Below are positions 19,268 to 28,530 of a stretch of 64,000 bases of DNA, in pieces. Source of the DNA: Candidatus Bathyarchaeota archaeon (GTDB lineage Archaea; Thermoproteota; Bathyarchaeia; Bathyarchaeales; Bathycorpusculaceae); NCBI GenBank assembly GCA_963811105.1, contig CAWEPZ010000011.1, positions 640,001-704,000 of the forward strand, in the 5' to 3' direction. The notes beneath the pieces are model-generated. The model saw nothing but the letters and a program-made list of their open reading frames with translations, had not been told where the DNA came from and ran no database searches. Made by a program: the position numbers and the translations under genes. The stretch's first letter is position 1. Every line of letters starts with the position of its first letter.

Positions 19268-19570
19268 ATGAAGAAAGAAATGGACCCGTTGATGGCAGCT
19301 TCTAATGTTTACAAGTTACTGAATGAGAATGATAAGGTGCGTGTTCTTGAGGTAGTCTTTAAGCCTGGGGACGTTGCGAAAATGCATCATCATCCTGACC
19401 ACGTGGTTTATGCTTTGAATGGTGGAAAGCTGAGTTTTCTTTCTGGAGGCAAGACCCAAGAAATGGAAATAAAGGAAGGTTCAGTAATTTTCCTCGAAGC
19501 ACAAGACCATGAAGCGAAAAACGTTGGAAATACAACCGTAGACCTTATTGTGATGGAACTAAAGAAGTAA
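19268..19570 (+). CDS. Cupin domain protein
   Basis: 'ENDKVRVLEV.FKPGD...MHHHPDHVVY...HEAKNVG'. Confidence 0.88.
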   Translation: MKKEMDPLMAASNVYKLLNENDKVRVLEVVFKPGDVAKMHHHPDHVVYALNGGKLSFLSGGKTQEMEIKEGSVIFLEAQDHEAKNVGNTTVDLIVMELKK

Positions 19571-19757
19571 CCGCTTGATCTACTTTTTGCAGCTTCAATC
19601 TTCTTAATATTTTTTAGTCAAAAAAGCAGGATTAGCGGGAGATTCCTCCACTTTTGCTTGGGTTTAAACCGCAAAGAATAGAAGGTGTAAACTCCCTGAT
19701 CTGGTAACGATTTATATTTAATGCAAATTACCTTTTAGTCAGTTGAGGGTCAATCTT

Positions 19758-20048
19758 ATGCCAGGTAAGTTTAAAGCATACATGGGAAACATTCAGCAGA
19801 AGACGGATAAGAAGCCTGAATACTTTTGGAATTTAGCTAACGACAGGGGTTTTATCAAGGAAGGAAAGATTGTTGTTAAGCATGGTGATATGTTGACTTG
19901 GCTCAAGACTGACATGGGGTTGGGTCATGTTCAAGCAAACTTTATGATTCTTTATCTTCGTTTACGAACTAGTGATCCCAAGGTAAGTGAGCAAGCCAAA
20001 AAATGGGCTTATGAAACCGGATACCTAGAATATTGTCCTAAGAGTTGA
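19758..20048 (+). CDS. DUF4287-like protein
   Basis: 'FKAYMGNIQQKT.K','KHGDMLTWLKTDMGLGHVQAN'. Confidence 0.8.
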   Translation: MPGKFKAYMGNIQQKTDKKPEYFWNLANDRGFIKEGKIVVKHGDMLTWLKTDMGLGHVQANFMILYLRLRTSDPKVSEQAKKWAYETGYLEYCPKS

Positions 20049-20134
20049 GCTCAACAATAACTCAGGCTTTTCCTCCCGCTTGAATAATTCTTGAGGGCGA
20101 CTAAGAAGACTCACTTGACCGTCAATTAAAAACT

Positions 20135-20887
20135 CTATAAGTTCATCAAATGCGTTAGTATGAATGTCAGAACGAATATCAATACACATCCGAATGTGCA
20201 AAGAGCCATAGTGCGTCTAGGAGGGTTCTTTTCTTGCGCCTGCGGTAAAAGATCGCTTGCTCCCAGATACAGAAAACCGCCTGCAAAAAAGGGTAGAAAC
20301 AGAACAAGGTAGTACGGTGGCAACTTGAAGAAAACTGTAGCTACAACTCCCAAAACTGGAGCGACGGCATCCAGGATCAGCATTCGCAGAGAATTCTTCA
20401 GCGAGTTGCCAGAATTCAGCATCACAGCAACCGTACTGAGCCCATCAGTGAAGTCATGGAATATAACGGCGAAAGCAATGATTATGCCAACATGAATATC
20501 CGCTTCAAGACCGAAACCAATTGCCAAGCCGTCCATGAAACTGTGAACCGAAAGTTCTGATGTTGCAAAAATCCCACCCAAAGGATGTTTAACTTCAACA
20601 TATTTACCGTCCTCGCTGAAGACATGTCCACTTACCATTCTGGAAATAATGTAGAGAAAAAGGAATCCGACAACCGTCAGAACCATTATCTCCTCAAGGT
20701 CAACATTGGTAGAAATAGCAAGCTTGAAAGTTTGAGGCAGTATATCCACCAAAGAAGTTGTAATTAAGATGCCTGCAGCAAGGGCTCCGAGGATTCCTAT
20801 ATTCTTCCTACGCCGTGCAGCGAACAGCCCCCCGAACAACGTCGAGAAGCAGGTAACTATGCCCAGCAGAATTGGATCGAAGTTCAT
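20135..20887 (-). CDS. ZIP family metal transporter
   Basis: 'HSFMDGLAIG','HDFTDG','AGGFLYLGASDLLP'. Confidence 0.92.
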   Translation of the reverse strand: MNFDPILLGIVTCFSTLFGGLFAARRRKNIGILGALAAGILITTSLVDILPQTFKLAISTNVDLEEIMVLTVVGFLFLYIISRMVSGHVFSEDGKYVEVKHPLGGIFATSELSVHSFMDGLAIGFGLEADIHVGIIIAFAVIFHDFTDGLSTVAVMLNSGNSLKNSLRMLILDAVAPVLGVVATVFFKLPPYYLVLFLPFFAGGFLYLGASDLLPQAQEKNPPRRTMALCTFGCVLIFVLTFILTHLMNL

Positions 20888-20963
20888 AGTCTATTATTCC
20901 TCAACAATGATTAATTAATTATTTTCGTCATTTCTGTCAGTTTGGTGTTATGTAACAAGAGGT

Positions 20964-20986
20964 TTCAAATCCCAGCGGTCTCACCA
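20964..20986 (+). repeat. Second attR-like copy of tRNA-Pro 3' end
   Basis: TTCAAATCCCAGCGGTCTCACCA, 1 mismatch to the tRNA. Confidence 0.88.
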
Positions 20987-21107
20987 TAATCATTTAAAAC
21001 ATCATTGATTATGTTTAGCATGAACTACACTAAAGACAACAAAATTAGGAATATTCAACTGAAACCAAAAAAAGACATCAAAAATAGTAGTGTATTGATT
21101 CTTTTGG

Positions 21108-21206
21108 TTAGGCTTTTGTTTTGAGTTCGAGCCTGAGATTGTATACTACAACGGCTATTGAACCAAAGATTACAGCTATTGAAGCTGCATCAAGTATTCC
21201 AAACAT
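21108..21206 (-). CDS. 32-aa single-TM small protein
   Basis: MFGILDAASIAVIFGSIAVVVYNLRLELKTKA*; SD GGTGA and TATA TTTATATT upstream. Confidence 0.6.
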   Translation of the reverse strand: MFGILDAASIAVIFGSIAVVVYNLRLELKTKA

Positions 21207-21247
21207 ATTTTCACCTTTTTTTCTTATACATAGCTTTATGCTCAGTA

Positions 21248-21283
21248 AAATATAAAGTTGCTTATGAATTGTTCATAATTTTT
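21248..21283 (-). promoter_or_regulatory. 17-bp operator + TATA, copy 1
   Basis: AAAAATTATGAACAATT-N10-TTTATATTT; same layout at 23433-23468. Confidence 0.7.
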
Positions 21284-21385
21284 CATAAAACCTAAACATA
21301 CGTCTAAATCCAACAATAAATTTATATGCAAAGGAACATACACTTTCACAAGAAAAGTAGAGAAAAAAAATAAGAGGTAAAAAAA

Positions 21386-21622
21386 ATGAAAGCCTACATA
21401 CTCTTAAGCACTAAACCAGGCACATCATTGGACGTCGTTAAAAGATTCAAAGAAAAAGTCAAAGAGACCATCGTTGCGGATGCGATCTTCGGCAGATACG
21501 ATGCAATCGTAATATTGGAAGCACCGTGTCTTGAAGACATAAACCAGATAGTTTACAAAATAATCGAAAAAGACCCCAACGTAATCCGCACAGAAACATC
21601 CATCGTCCTGTCCCCAATGTAG
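21386..21622 (+). CDS. Lrp/AsnC ligand-binding (stand-alone RAM) domain protein
   Basis: 'KAYILL...PG','FGRYDAIVILEA','VIRTETSIV'. Confidence 0.88.
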   Translation: MKAYILLSTKPGTSLDVVKRFKEKVKETIVADAIFGRYDAIVILEAPCLEDINQIVYKIIEKDPNVIRTETSIVLSPM

Positions 21623-21717
21623 TTGTTGAAAAAACCAACAACACCAAATTTTTTTGTTTTAAATAAAGAAAGTTCGAAAATAAGAAACAAAAAAATGGAA
21701 ATAGGTCTTGGTAGCCA

Positions 21718-23265
21718 TCATTCTGAACTTAATCTTTTTATGCTGTATTTCATGTGCTTGTCTTCTTCTGCTTCTTTTCCTGGGAAGGGGAAAATTCCTG
21801 ACTCTTTGCTTCGCGAGTTTAGGCCGAAGTATGCAAGTCCTATAGCCATCCATATCCCCGTTATTGCTATTGCAATGAAAGCAGCCCACTGTGTATCACC
21901 CCCGCCTACCACGCCTAGCCATACGACTGCTCCCATCATGACCATGTTAGCGGCGAAGCCTGCGATTGGAATAATATATTTGGTCAGGATGGAGCGACGT
22001 TCTCTGGATAGAGCGGCAACTGCAATTAGGCAAGTTACTCCATAGAGCAGGAATGTACCGAAGTTGGATAACAGCATGACTGCGGTTAGGTTTCTAAGAG
22101 ATAGCACTCCGAATGCACCTATGAGCGCCGAAACCAATGTTAATACCCACGTGCCAACTGCTGGTGTTCCATATCTTGGGTTTAACTTGCCAAGTGGCTG
22201 TGGAACTTCTGTGTCACGACTGATAGCGTAGGTTACTCTTACTCCGGTGTTAAGGCATGCGAGTGTTGTGCCGAGAACTGCTGCTGCTACTGCTCCAGCA
22301 ACTACTATCATTATTGGGAAACCGCCTCCGCCAAACAACGCGTTAGTGGAGATACGCACAATGTCGCCCAATGGTCCGGCTGAAGCTGCCGCTGAAGCGA
22401 ATGTGTATTTGGAGTTAATCCAAGCTTGTATTCCGTAGAAGCCAAGCAAATAAGCGAATGCTCCCTGAATCGCTAGTGAGAGGATGACTGCGCGAGGGAC
22501 ATCTTTGGGGTTCTTTGCTTCGGAAGTCAACGCCGTTATTGACTCGAATCCTACAAGTACAAGTATGGCTAAGCTGGCTTGGAACAGCACGTGGCTAAAG
22601 TTGGAAGGTATTACAACGCTTGCAGGGTTGGAATAGTAGAAAGTAACGTGTTCAGGGTTAATGAAGCGGTAGGCAAGCGCTAAGGCTGTTACGCCTACTA
22701 GCATTGCAAGCTGTATTATGTTGATGATGAGGTTTGTTTTTGTTGATCCTTGAATGCCCCTGTATGCTATAAAACCAACAATAACTGCGAACACTACTAC
22801 GATGGCAATTTGTTCAAGCGTAGTTATAGGAAAGCCTACGGTTTGCAGAATGTATGTCATGAAGAAACCCATGAATGCAACCATTACTCCAGGGTAAACC
22901 CAATAGTACAAATGTGAAAGCCAGCCTACAATGAATTTAGCGTTTCGTGCTTTTCGGTTGCTGCTGCCTCTATCTAAGAGGGCACGCTGAGCAAAGTAAT
23001 ATGAGCTGCCAGTGCCTGCATCAGGGTAACGACGTGCTAACCAAGCATAAGACATGGCAGTTAAGAATGACAGAACCAATGCGATAAAGAGACCAAACCA
23101 AATGTCGGGTGCAGTTGAAACGCCTGAAGGATCAACCTGAGCTGCTTGTGCTTGGTAGTTAAGCCACAGAAAAGCCCCCGGTGCTATTAGCGCCATAGCG
23201 TTGATGGTTAAACCTGCAAGGCTTAATGTTTTCTTCATCTGGGGCGCAGTTTGTTCACTTGACAT
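21718..23265 (-). CDS. APC-family amino acid/cation permease
   Basis: About 12 TM, 'PDAGTGSSYYF','VGFES...SEAKNPKDVPRAV','RYGTP'. Confidence 0.92.
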   Translation of the reverse strand: MSSEQTAPQMKKTLSLAGLTINAMALIAPGAFLWLNYQAQAAQVDPSGVSTAPDIWFGLFIALVLSFLTAMSYAWLARRYPDAGTGSSYYFAQRALLDRGSSNRKARNAKFIVGWLSHLYYWVYPGVMVAFMGFFMTYILQTVGFPITTLEQIAIVVVFAVIVGFIAYRGIQGSTKTNLIINIIQLAMLVGVTALALAYRFINPEHVTFYYSNPASVVIPSNFSHVLFQASLAILVLVGFESITALTSEAKNPKDVPRAVILSLAIQGAFAYLLGFYGIQAWINSKYTFASAAASAGPLGDIVRISTNALFGGGGFPIMIVVAGAVAAAVLGTTLACLNTGVRVTYAISRDTEVPQPLGKLNPRYGTPAVGTWVLTLVSALIGAFGVLSLRNLTAVMLLSNFGTFLLYGVTCLIAVAALSRERRSILTKYIIPIAGFAANMVMMGAVVWLGVVGGGDTQWAAFIAIAITGIWMAIGLAYFGLNSRSKESGIFPFPGKEAEEDKHMKYSIKRLSSE

Positions 23266-23432
23266 TTAGTCTTCGCCCTCGATTCTTTTTTGAAAGATAC
23301 TGTGTGGTTGTTTTCGAGCGTCTAGAATGATTGGTTCTTCAATGTTTCTTGTAAATCTTTTGTGTAAGTTATTGAAGCTTTTTCCAATTGTTAACACCAA
23401 TTTTAAGTAATTACCAATTGATATGTTCAGAT

Positions 23433-23468
23433 AAATATAAATATAGTTAATAATTGTTCATAATTTTT
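23433..23468 (-). promoter_or_regulatory. 17-bp operator + TATA, copy 2
   Basis: AAAAATTATGAACAATT-N10-TTTATATTT upstream of the permease. Confidence 0.7.
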
Positions 23469-23555
23469 ATGAAAAGCTGAACTATTTTTCAGCAATTACT
23501 CTCTTTTAATAAACATTTAACAAGTCTGAAGTTGGACCCAGACAAAACAAGCTGA

Positions 23556-24470
23556 TCAAGTATTTCCTATAATTAGCCCTATAGTAAAGCTTAAAACCGG
23601 CGCAATTACCCAGCTTAACACTATCGTCAGAAATGGCTTTAGTGAGACAAACTTGGATTTGTAAGAGATGCTAGTTCCGAAAACCGCCGCCGAAAGGGCC
23701 TGAGTGTTAGAAAGTGGGATATTCAAAATTGTCGCTGTCTCCACAAGAATGGTTGAAGTTAAAAGCGTGGACATGGCGTTTGGATACCGCATAAGAAATA
23801 GCTCCTGGGAAACCCTTCGAATCTCACCAGCACTCAAAAAGAAAGTTCCGATAAATATTGCAGCGATTGCTAACGCCACTGTGGTTATGTCGAAACCGCC
23901 TGTAGCGACTATAAGCCCAATTGTATTTGCCCCTAGAACATATGACGTAGAAAACGCTAAAACGATGAGCAAGACTTTGTACGTTTGCAGTCTTTGCCAC
24001 AGGTTTTTTGGCCATCTTCTGTTTATGATTCTGATCAGGTAAAAAGCTAAAAATATGGCAACTATCGGTGCAGCGATCCATAACACAACTACTTCAACAA
24101 CGTAGATACCGTTTGTGAGTCCACCATGTGCAGTCGATAAGCCTGTAAATAAACCGACAAGCGACATGCTAAGAGACATCGGTGCTCTAATTAAGTCAGC
24201 AACGACGAAAATAATTATTGCCGCCAACAAAGCTTCTGCCCGAAATTGCGTAGCCATATTTGGCAATAGCAGATCCACGGTTTTTGTCATGCCCATACCC
24301 TGAATTACAAGTCCCAGCGAAAATCCTGCAGCGCCAAGCAACGCTCCAAATCGTTTAGTTATTATTCTTGACCCTACCGCTGGACCCACACATGCTGACA
24401 GGTTATTGCCTGAAACTAACATTACTGCAACAAAAGTTAGAACCAGAAGAGCGATTGAAAGCCACAGCAT
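23556..24470 (-). CDS. pit: PiT family inorganic phosphate transporter
   Basis: 'SGNN...VG.AVGSR','GANTIG','PLSNTQ', adjacent to DUF47. Confidence 0.85.
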   Translation of the reverse strand: MLWLSIALLVLTFVAVMLVSGNNLSACVGPAVGSRIITKRFGALLGAAGFSLGLVIQGMGMTKTVDLLLPNMATQFRAEALLAAIIIFVVADLIRAPMSLSMSLVGLFTGLSTAHGGLTNGIYVVEVVVLWIAAPIVAIFLAFYLIRIINRRWPKNLWQRLQTYKVLLIVLAFSTSYVLGANTIGLIVATGGFDITTVALAIAAIFIGTFFLSAGEIRRVSQELFLMRYPNAMSTLLTSTILVETATILNIPLSNTQALSAAVFGTSISYKSKFVSLKPFLTIVLSWVIAPVLSFTIGLIIGNT

Positions 24471-24477
24471 TGGAAGG

Positions 24478-25158
24478 TCACTTAAGTATAGAGGTAACCA
24501 CTGAAACGATCAAATCTGAAAAGTCCTCGCAAGAATCAAGGATATCGTCGCACTTGTGCAGAAGCTCCGAATAGTGATAGAATTGGAGGTAATGCAGTTT
24601 AGACGTCAGAGCATAAAGCCTGTCAAATCCTGAGTCCTTTACGTCATCACCCTGTTCCTCCAATGCTTCAATTTCTTTGCGCAACTCCAAAATCTCAGTT
24701 ATGTTTGACGAAGAGAGAGCCTGTTTAAGCTTTAATTGGGATTTTTCTGCGAGGGCAAGAATAATCTCATATACGGAGTCCCAATCGGCATGTTTTATAT
24801 CAAAACTCGCTGAGTAAGCTTTCGCCATTCGATTCAGTTCCCTGCTCAAATAATAGTATAAGTCAACAATGCTATCGGCCACTTGGACGCATTCTAGAAG
24901 GCTATCTATTACGTTGGGGCTTATAGCCCCGCTTGTGATATCTTCACTTATTCTAAAAGCAATTTCATCAGATTTTTTCTCAAGTGACTGCACTGAATGC
25001 ATCACGCCAATTAACTTTTTTTGGTCATAATCCATTTTGAACATGCTTGCTACAAACGTGTTGGCTTCTGTTGCGATGGCGACGATTTGTGTTAGCTCAC
25101 TGAAGATGTTTTTTTCTCCGACAACAAAAATACCCTTGAGGCTCTTCAATCCAGACAC
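24478..25158 (-). CDS. DUF47/PhoU-like phosphate transport regulator
   Basis: Duplicated 'LE...D' helices, 'CDDILDSCED'. Confidence 0.88.
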   Translation of the reverse strand: MSGLKSLKGIFVVGEKNIFSELTQIVAIATEANTFVASMFKMDYDQKKLIGVMHSVQSLEKKSDEIAFRISEDITSGAISPNVIDSLLECVQVADSIVDLYYYLSRELNRMAKAYSASFDIKHADWDSVYEIILALAEKSQLKLKQALSSSNITEILELRKEIEALEEQGDDVKDSGFDRLYALTSKLHYLQFYHYSELLHKCDDILDSCEDFSDLIVSVVTSILK

Positions 25159-25286
25159 CCATCTGTTGATTTCAGTGCAATAGATACTCGATAGACAATA
25201 TTAACTATTTAGAATTCCAAAGTTTGTCTGGCAAACACCCTGACCCGATGAGATAAACACCGGAAGCTTCGAAAACATTAACAGAA

Positions 25287-25760
25287 TCAAATTATCTTGC
25301 TATATTCTTTAACAGCGTTCATTGCAATCATCGTAGTTGTTCTTTTTATGAACCGCTCAGTTAACAGGTTTTTTAGAAAAGCATTAAGACAAGCGTTATC
25401 TCGAAACTTTGCTAAGACTACCGTATCATATTCTCCCGTTATTTCATACACAGATAGGACGTTGGTTTCCTTGGCAATTTCGTTTTCGACTTCAATTATG
25501 TGTCCGCCTTCAACTTGAATCATTATAATAGCTGTTAAAGCATAACCCATCTTTGCTGAATCAATAATAGGGGCATAGCCACGAATAACACCTTCACCTT
25601 CTAAACTATTGAGACGGTTATGCAGAATATTTGGGGTTAATCCAACTCTGTGGGCTAATTTGCGCAAGCTTACGCGTGAGTCATCTTCCAATGCGCGGAT
25701 GATTTGCAGGTCAACAGAGCCCAATTCCTTCTTTGGGCTTTTTGATAGTTTTAAGCCCAC
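25287..25760 (-). CDS. Lrp/AsnC family transcriptional regulator
   Basis: HTH 'DSRVSLRKLAHRVG','EGVIRGY','ITGEYD'. Confidence 0.92.
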   Translation of the reverse strand: MGLKLSKSPKKELGSVDLQIIRALEDDSRVSLRKLAHRVGLTPNILHNRLNSLEGEGVIRGYAPIIDSAKMGYALTAIIMIQVEGGHIIEVENEIAKETNVLSVYEITGEYDTVVLAKFRDNACLNAFLKNLLTERFIKRTTTMIAMNAVKEYSKII

Positions 25761-26027
25761 ACTTATCAGCTCCTAAATGGTATTTGACGTTTGTTTAGTA
25801 AATTAAGGTACATATAAACATATCTGCATAAAAATACTGCCATCTTAAACAATAGTAAGCATATTTGTCGCTAATATTGACAATCAGAACATAAAAAACA
25901 AATCAGCATTGCACAGTTTGACAGTTTCTAAAACCACCTCATTTAATTGTTTGTCTATCTTAAAACAGATACTTTTTTAATGCAAACATAACAGCCTTCA
26001 TCTCATTGAGGACAAATAAACATCCCA

Positions 26028-26460
26028 GTGGTTGGTAATTTGTTAAACGTTTGCAGCAGACACAGGTTTCGCGTGGAAATTAATGGAATCGCCCCAGTGG
26101 GGATCAGGGAAGTTGAGGTGTTTGCGTTAACATTGATGCCCAGGATTTCAAGGAAGGAAAAAGATATTTCGGCGATTTCTACAACAGACCCAGGTGTAGT
26201 TCATTATGGTTCCGCTTATTTTACGAAACGCTATGGCAGGTAATTGCAGATGACATGGATTTGTGGACGTGGATAAAACAAGTAATTGACGGAGAAGACT
26301 ATCAAAAGAAATGCGTCAATTATTGTCATGGATAGAAAAGGCAATGATAAATTTAGGTTCAATTTAACTGGAGCTTGGCCAAGCATTTGGCTCTTGGGAA
26401 AACTGGAAAGTCACTCTGGTTCCCTGTTATTTAAGGAACTGGTTCTTAGTATGAGAACCC
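26028..26460 (+). pseudogene. Phage-tail tube (T4 gp19/eCIS Afp1-5-like) gene, frameshifted
   Basis: 'RFRVEINGI','DMDLWTWIK','RNASIIVMDRKG...RFNLTGAWPSIW','ELVL' across shifted frames. Confidence 0.75.
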
Positions 26461-26596
26461 AAATGTTCCTTAACATTTCATTTTTCCAACACACTAAAAA
26501 GGAAGAATTGAAGCCTGAATTTTTTGCTCTTCAAAGCCATTTCACATGTTAACCTTATTACTGCCAAAATAATTCAGTTAAGGTGAGGCAAAACAA

Positions 26597-27298
26597 TTGT
26601 CAAATACTTCTAGCGCAAAAAAAGATTGCCGCATAAAGATCACAAAAAATGGCCCCTACATAGTTTCTGGAGCAGTTCCCCTTTTTGCTATGACAATAAA
26701 ATGCGATAAAGGGAGAACCCCAGCTCAATGGATAAAAGGGGAAAACCTCAAAACTGCAGAAAACTATGCCTTATGCCGCTGTGGGCAATCAAATAACAAG
26801 CCATTTTGTGATGGAAGCCATGTGAAAGTTAACTTTGATGGCACAGAAGCCAGCGACAGCGAGCCTTTTGAAAAAATGGCAAAAATAATTGAGGGACCCG
26901 AATTAACATTGAAAGACGCTGAGATTCTTTGTGCTTCAGCTCGCTTTTGCCATCGAGGTGGCGACATTTGGGATAATGTCCCTAAGTCAAATGACCCAAA
27001 AGCTAAGAGGAACTCAGTGGATGATGCATGTGATTGCCCTTCAGGCCGGCTTGTGCTTTTAGATAAGAAGACTGGCATGACAATTGAGCCTGCTCTTGAA
27101 AAATCGATTGGTGCAGTTGAGGATCCAAGTATTGGCGTCGGAGGACCCTTTTGGGTTCGAGGTGGAATCCCAATCTTCTCCGCCGATGGAAAACTCTATG
27201 AAGTCCGGAATCGCACGACTCTTTGTCGTTGTGGGAAGTCCACCAATAAACCGTTTTGCGATAGCAGTCACTACCCAGAAGAGGATAGAGAAAGGTGA
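26597..27298 (+). CDS. CDGSH iron-sulfur domain protein
   Basis: LCRCGQSNNKPFCDGSH and LCRCGKSTNKPFCDSSH, central CASARFC/CPSG ferredoxin-like unit. Confidence 0.93.
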   Translation: MSNTSSAKKDCRIKITKNGPYIVSGAVPLFAMTIKCDKGRTPAQWIKGENLKTAENYALCRCGQSNNKPFCDGSHVKVNFDGTEASDSEPFEKMAKIIEGPELTLKDAEILCASARFCHRGGDIWDNVPKSNDPKAKRNSVDDACDCPSGRLVLLDKKTGMTIEPALEKSIGAVEDPSIGVGGPFWVRGGIPIFSADGKLYEVRNRTTLCRCGKSTNKPFCDSSHYPEEDRER

Positions 27299-27624
27299 AA
27301 AGCATGGATGAGAAGGATCTAACGGAAGAAGGCATTGAAACTGCTTTATCGTCTAAAGAAAAAGCTTTTGTTCTTTTTTATGCTTCCTGGTGTCCTTTTT
27401 CCCAAAGGTTCTTACCTATTTTTGAAGAGTATGCACAGGGTAATCCGCTTGAATGCCTAAGTGTTGTAGTTGATGATAAACCAGACTTATGTGATAAATA
27501 CTCAATTGAATATTACCCTACGGTTATTCTTTTCAAGAAAGGCAAAATCTACAAGAGGCTTGATGCTGCGCCTGGGGCAGGATTAACCAAGAAGCAGCTA
27601 GCTGAGCTAACAAAGAAACCGTAA
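27295..27624 (+). CDS. Thioredoxin family protein (CxxS)
   Basis: FYASWCPFS, YSIEYYPTVILFK. Confidence 0.88.
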   Translation: MKSMDEKDLTEEGIETALSSKEKAFVLFYASWCPFSQRFLPIFEEYAQGNPLECLSVVVDDKPDLCDKYSIEYYPTVILFKKGKIYKRLDAAPGAGLTKKQLAELTKKP

Positions 27625-27774
27625 TCTTTTGCTTATCGCCTGCTGCTATTGAAGGTTGCTTTTTTCATATCACCTTTATTTGGTACTTTTTGTGTCTGCA
27701 GAAAGTCTAGTATTGATGATTGTTTTCAAAGCCTCAGTACTTCTGCAGGCGTTAGAAAGAAAATAAGTTGAGAT

Positions 27775-28530
27775 TTACTTCCATTTCGTCAATATCTCTT
27801 CTCTTTGGAATGTCGCTTTGCTCAAGTAGAATAGCGCGATGTCGGCAATCGCTAGTCCGAGTGATACGCCTACAGCCAGCCATACTGAGAGTTGAGCGCT
27901 GGTTGAGGCAAAAATTACAATAAAAACTAACGGTAACACCACCAAGCCGCCTAACTGTTGAGCCGCTCTTATGTCATTCACTTTGGATGACACGATTATG
28001 TTGGCTTCAACGCTCATGATGCATGAAAGTGGAGCTATTACACCTATTACCAAAACCCAGTACAAGTTAGGAATTAAGAAAAGGCCCAGTCTTGTGTAGG
28101 ACCAGTAATCTATGATTGGAGCTGAGATTACTGCGCCAAGAAAAGTTACCGCTATACATGGAATGAAAGCTGCTAAACTTTTGCCGAGTAACAGTTCACC
28201 GTCAGTTGTGGGCGTTGCCAACAAGGGTTCAAGACTCTTCTCGATTTTTTCTCCAACAAAACTGTAGGAAGCAATAATAGACGGGAGAATTGAGGCGATA
28301 AGTACTAAGTACATTGTGGCAATGCTCACAATTTGGTTTGCCGCAGCTAAGGCCATAGAAGTTGTTACAAGCGGGGACGAAATTTCCGCGTCCAAAGCAA
28401 AAATGAAAATCACTGGTAGCACGACACCCATTATCACTGGCATTGCAACCAAAGAGTAGAGCACATATTTGTTTTTCTTGAAAACACTAAGGTCTTTTTG
28501 GGTAACAATCCATGACTTCCATAATCTCAT
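27775..28530 (-). CDS. ABC-2 transporter permease
   Basis: 'SFVGEKIEKSLEPLLATP...LLLGK'. Confidence 0.9.
   Translation of the reverse strand: MRLWKSWIVTQKDLSVFKKNKYVLYSLVAMPVIMGVVLPVIFIFALDAEISSPLVTTSMALAAANQIVSIATMYLVLIASILPSIIASYSFVGEKIEKSLEPLLATPTTDGELLLGKSLAAFIPCIAVTFLGAVISAPIIDYWSYTRLGLFLIPNLYWVLVIGVIAPLSCIMSVEANIIVSSKVNDIRAAQQLGGLVVLPLVFIVIFASTSAQLSVWLAVGVSLGLAIADIALFYLSKATFQREEILTKWK

Larger units (their letters stand above)
15670..20986. mobile_element. Accretion island at tRNA-Pro 3' end
   Basis: tRNA 3' sequence repeated at 17158-17182 and 20964-20986; integrase remnant adjacent to the tRNA; cargo-type genes inside. Confidence 0.75.

Noticed and set aside
9791-19650. GCGGGAGATTYCTCC mini-hairpin at 9792 and 19635
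   Set aside because: Only two short copies with no consistent gene context; possibly terminator-related.
18301-19680. GGTTTAAAC..CAAAGA at about 18304 and 19661 as older att scars
   Set aside because: Too short and degenerate relative to the tRNA T arm to support.
1-21000. Intact provirus, integron integrase, DGR or CRISPR-Cas system
   Set aside because: All integrase and terminase genes are fragments; no capsid, reverse transcriptase, cas genes or repeat-spacer arrays seen.
25045-27272. CAGTCAC/GTGACTG hits inside coding regions (e.g. 25045, 27265)
   Set aside because: No adjacent TATA; treated as background occurrences of a 7-mer.
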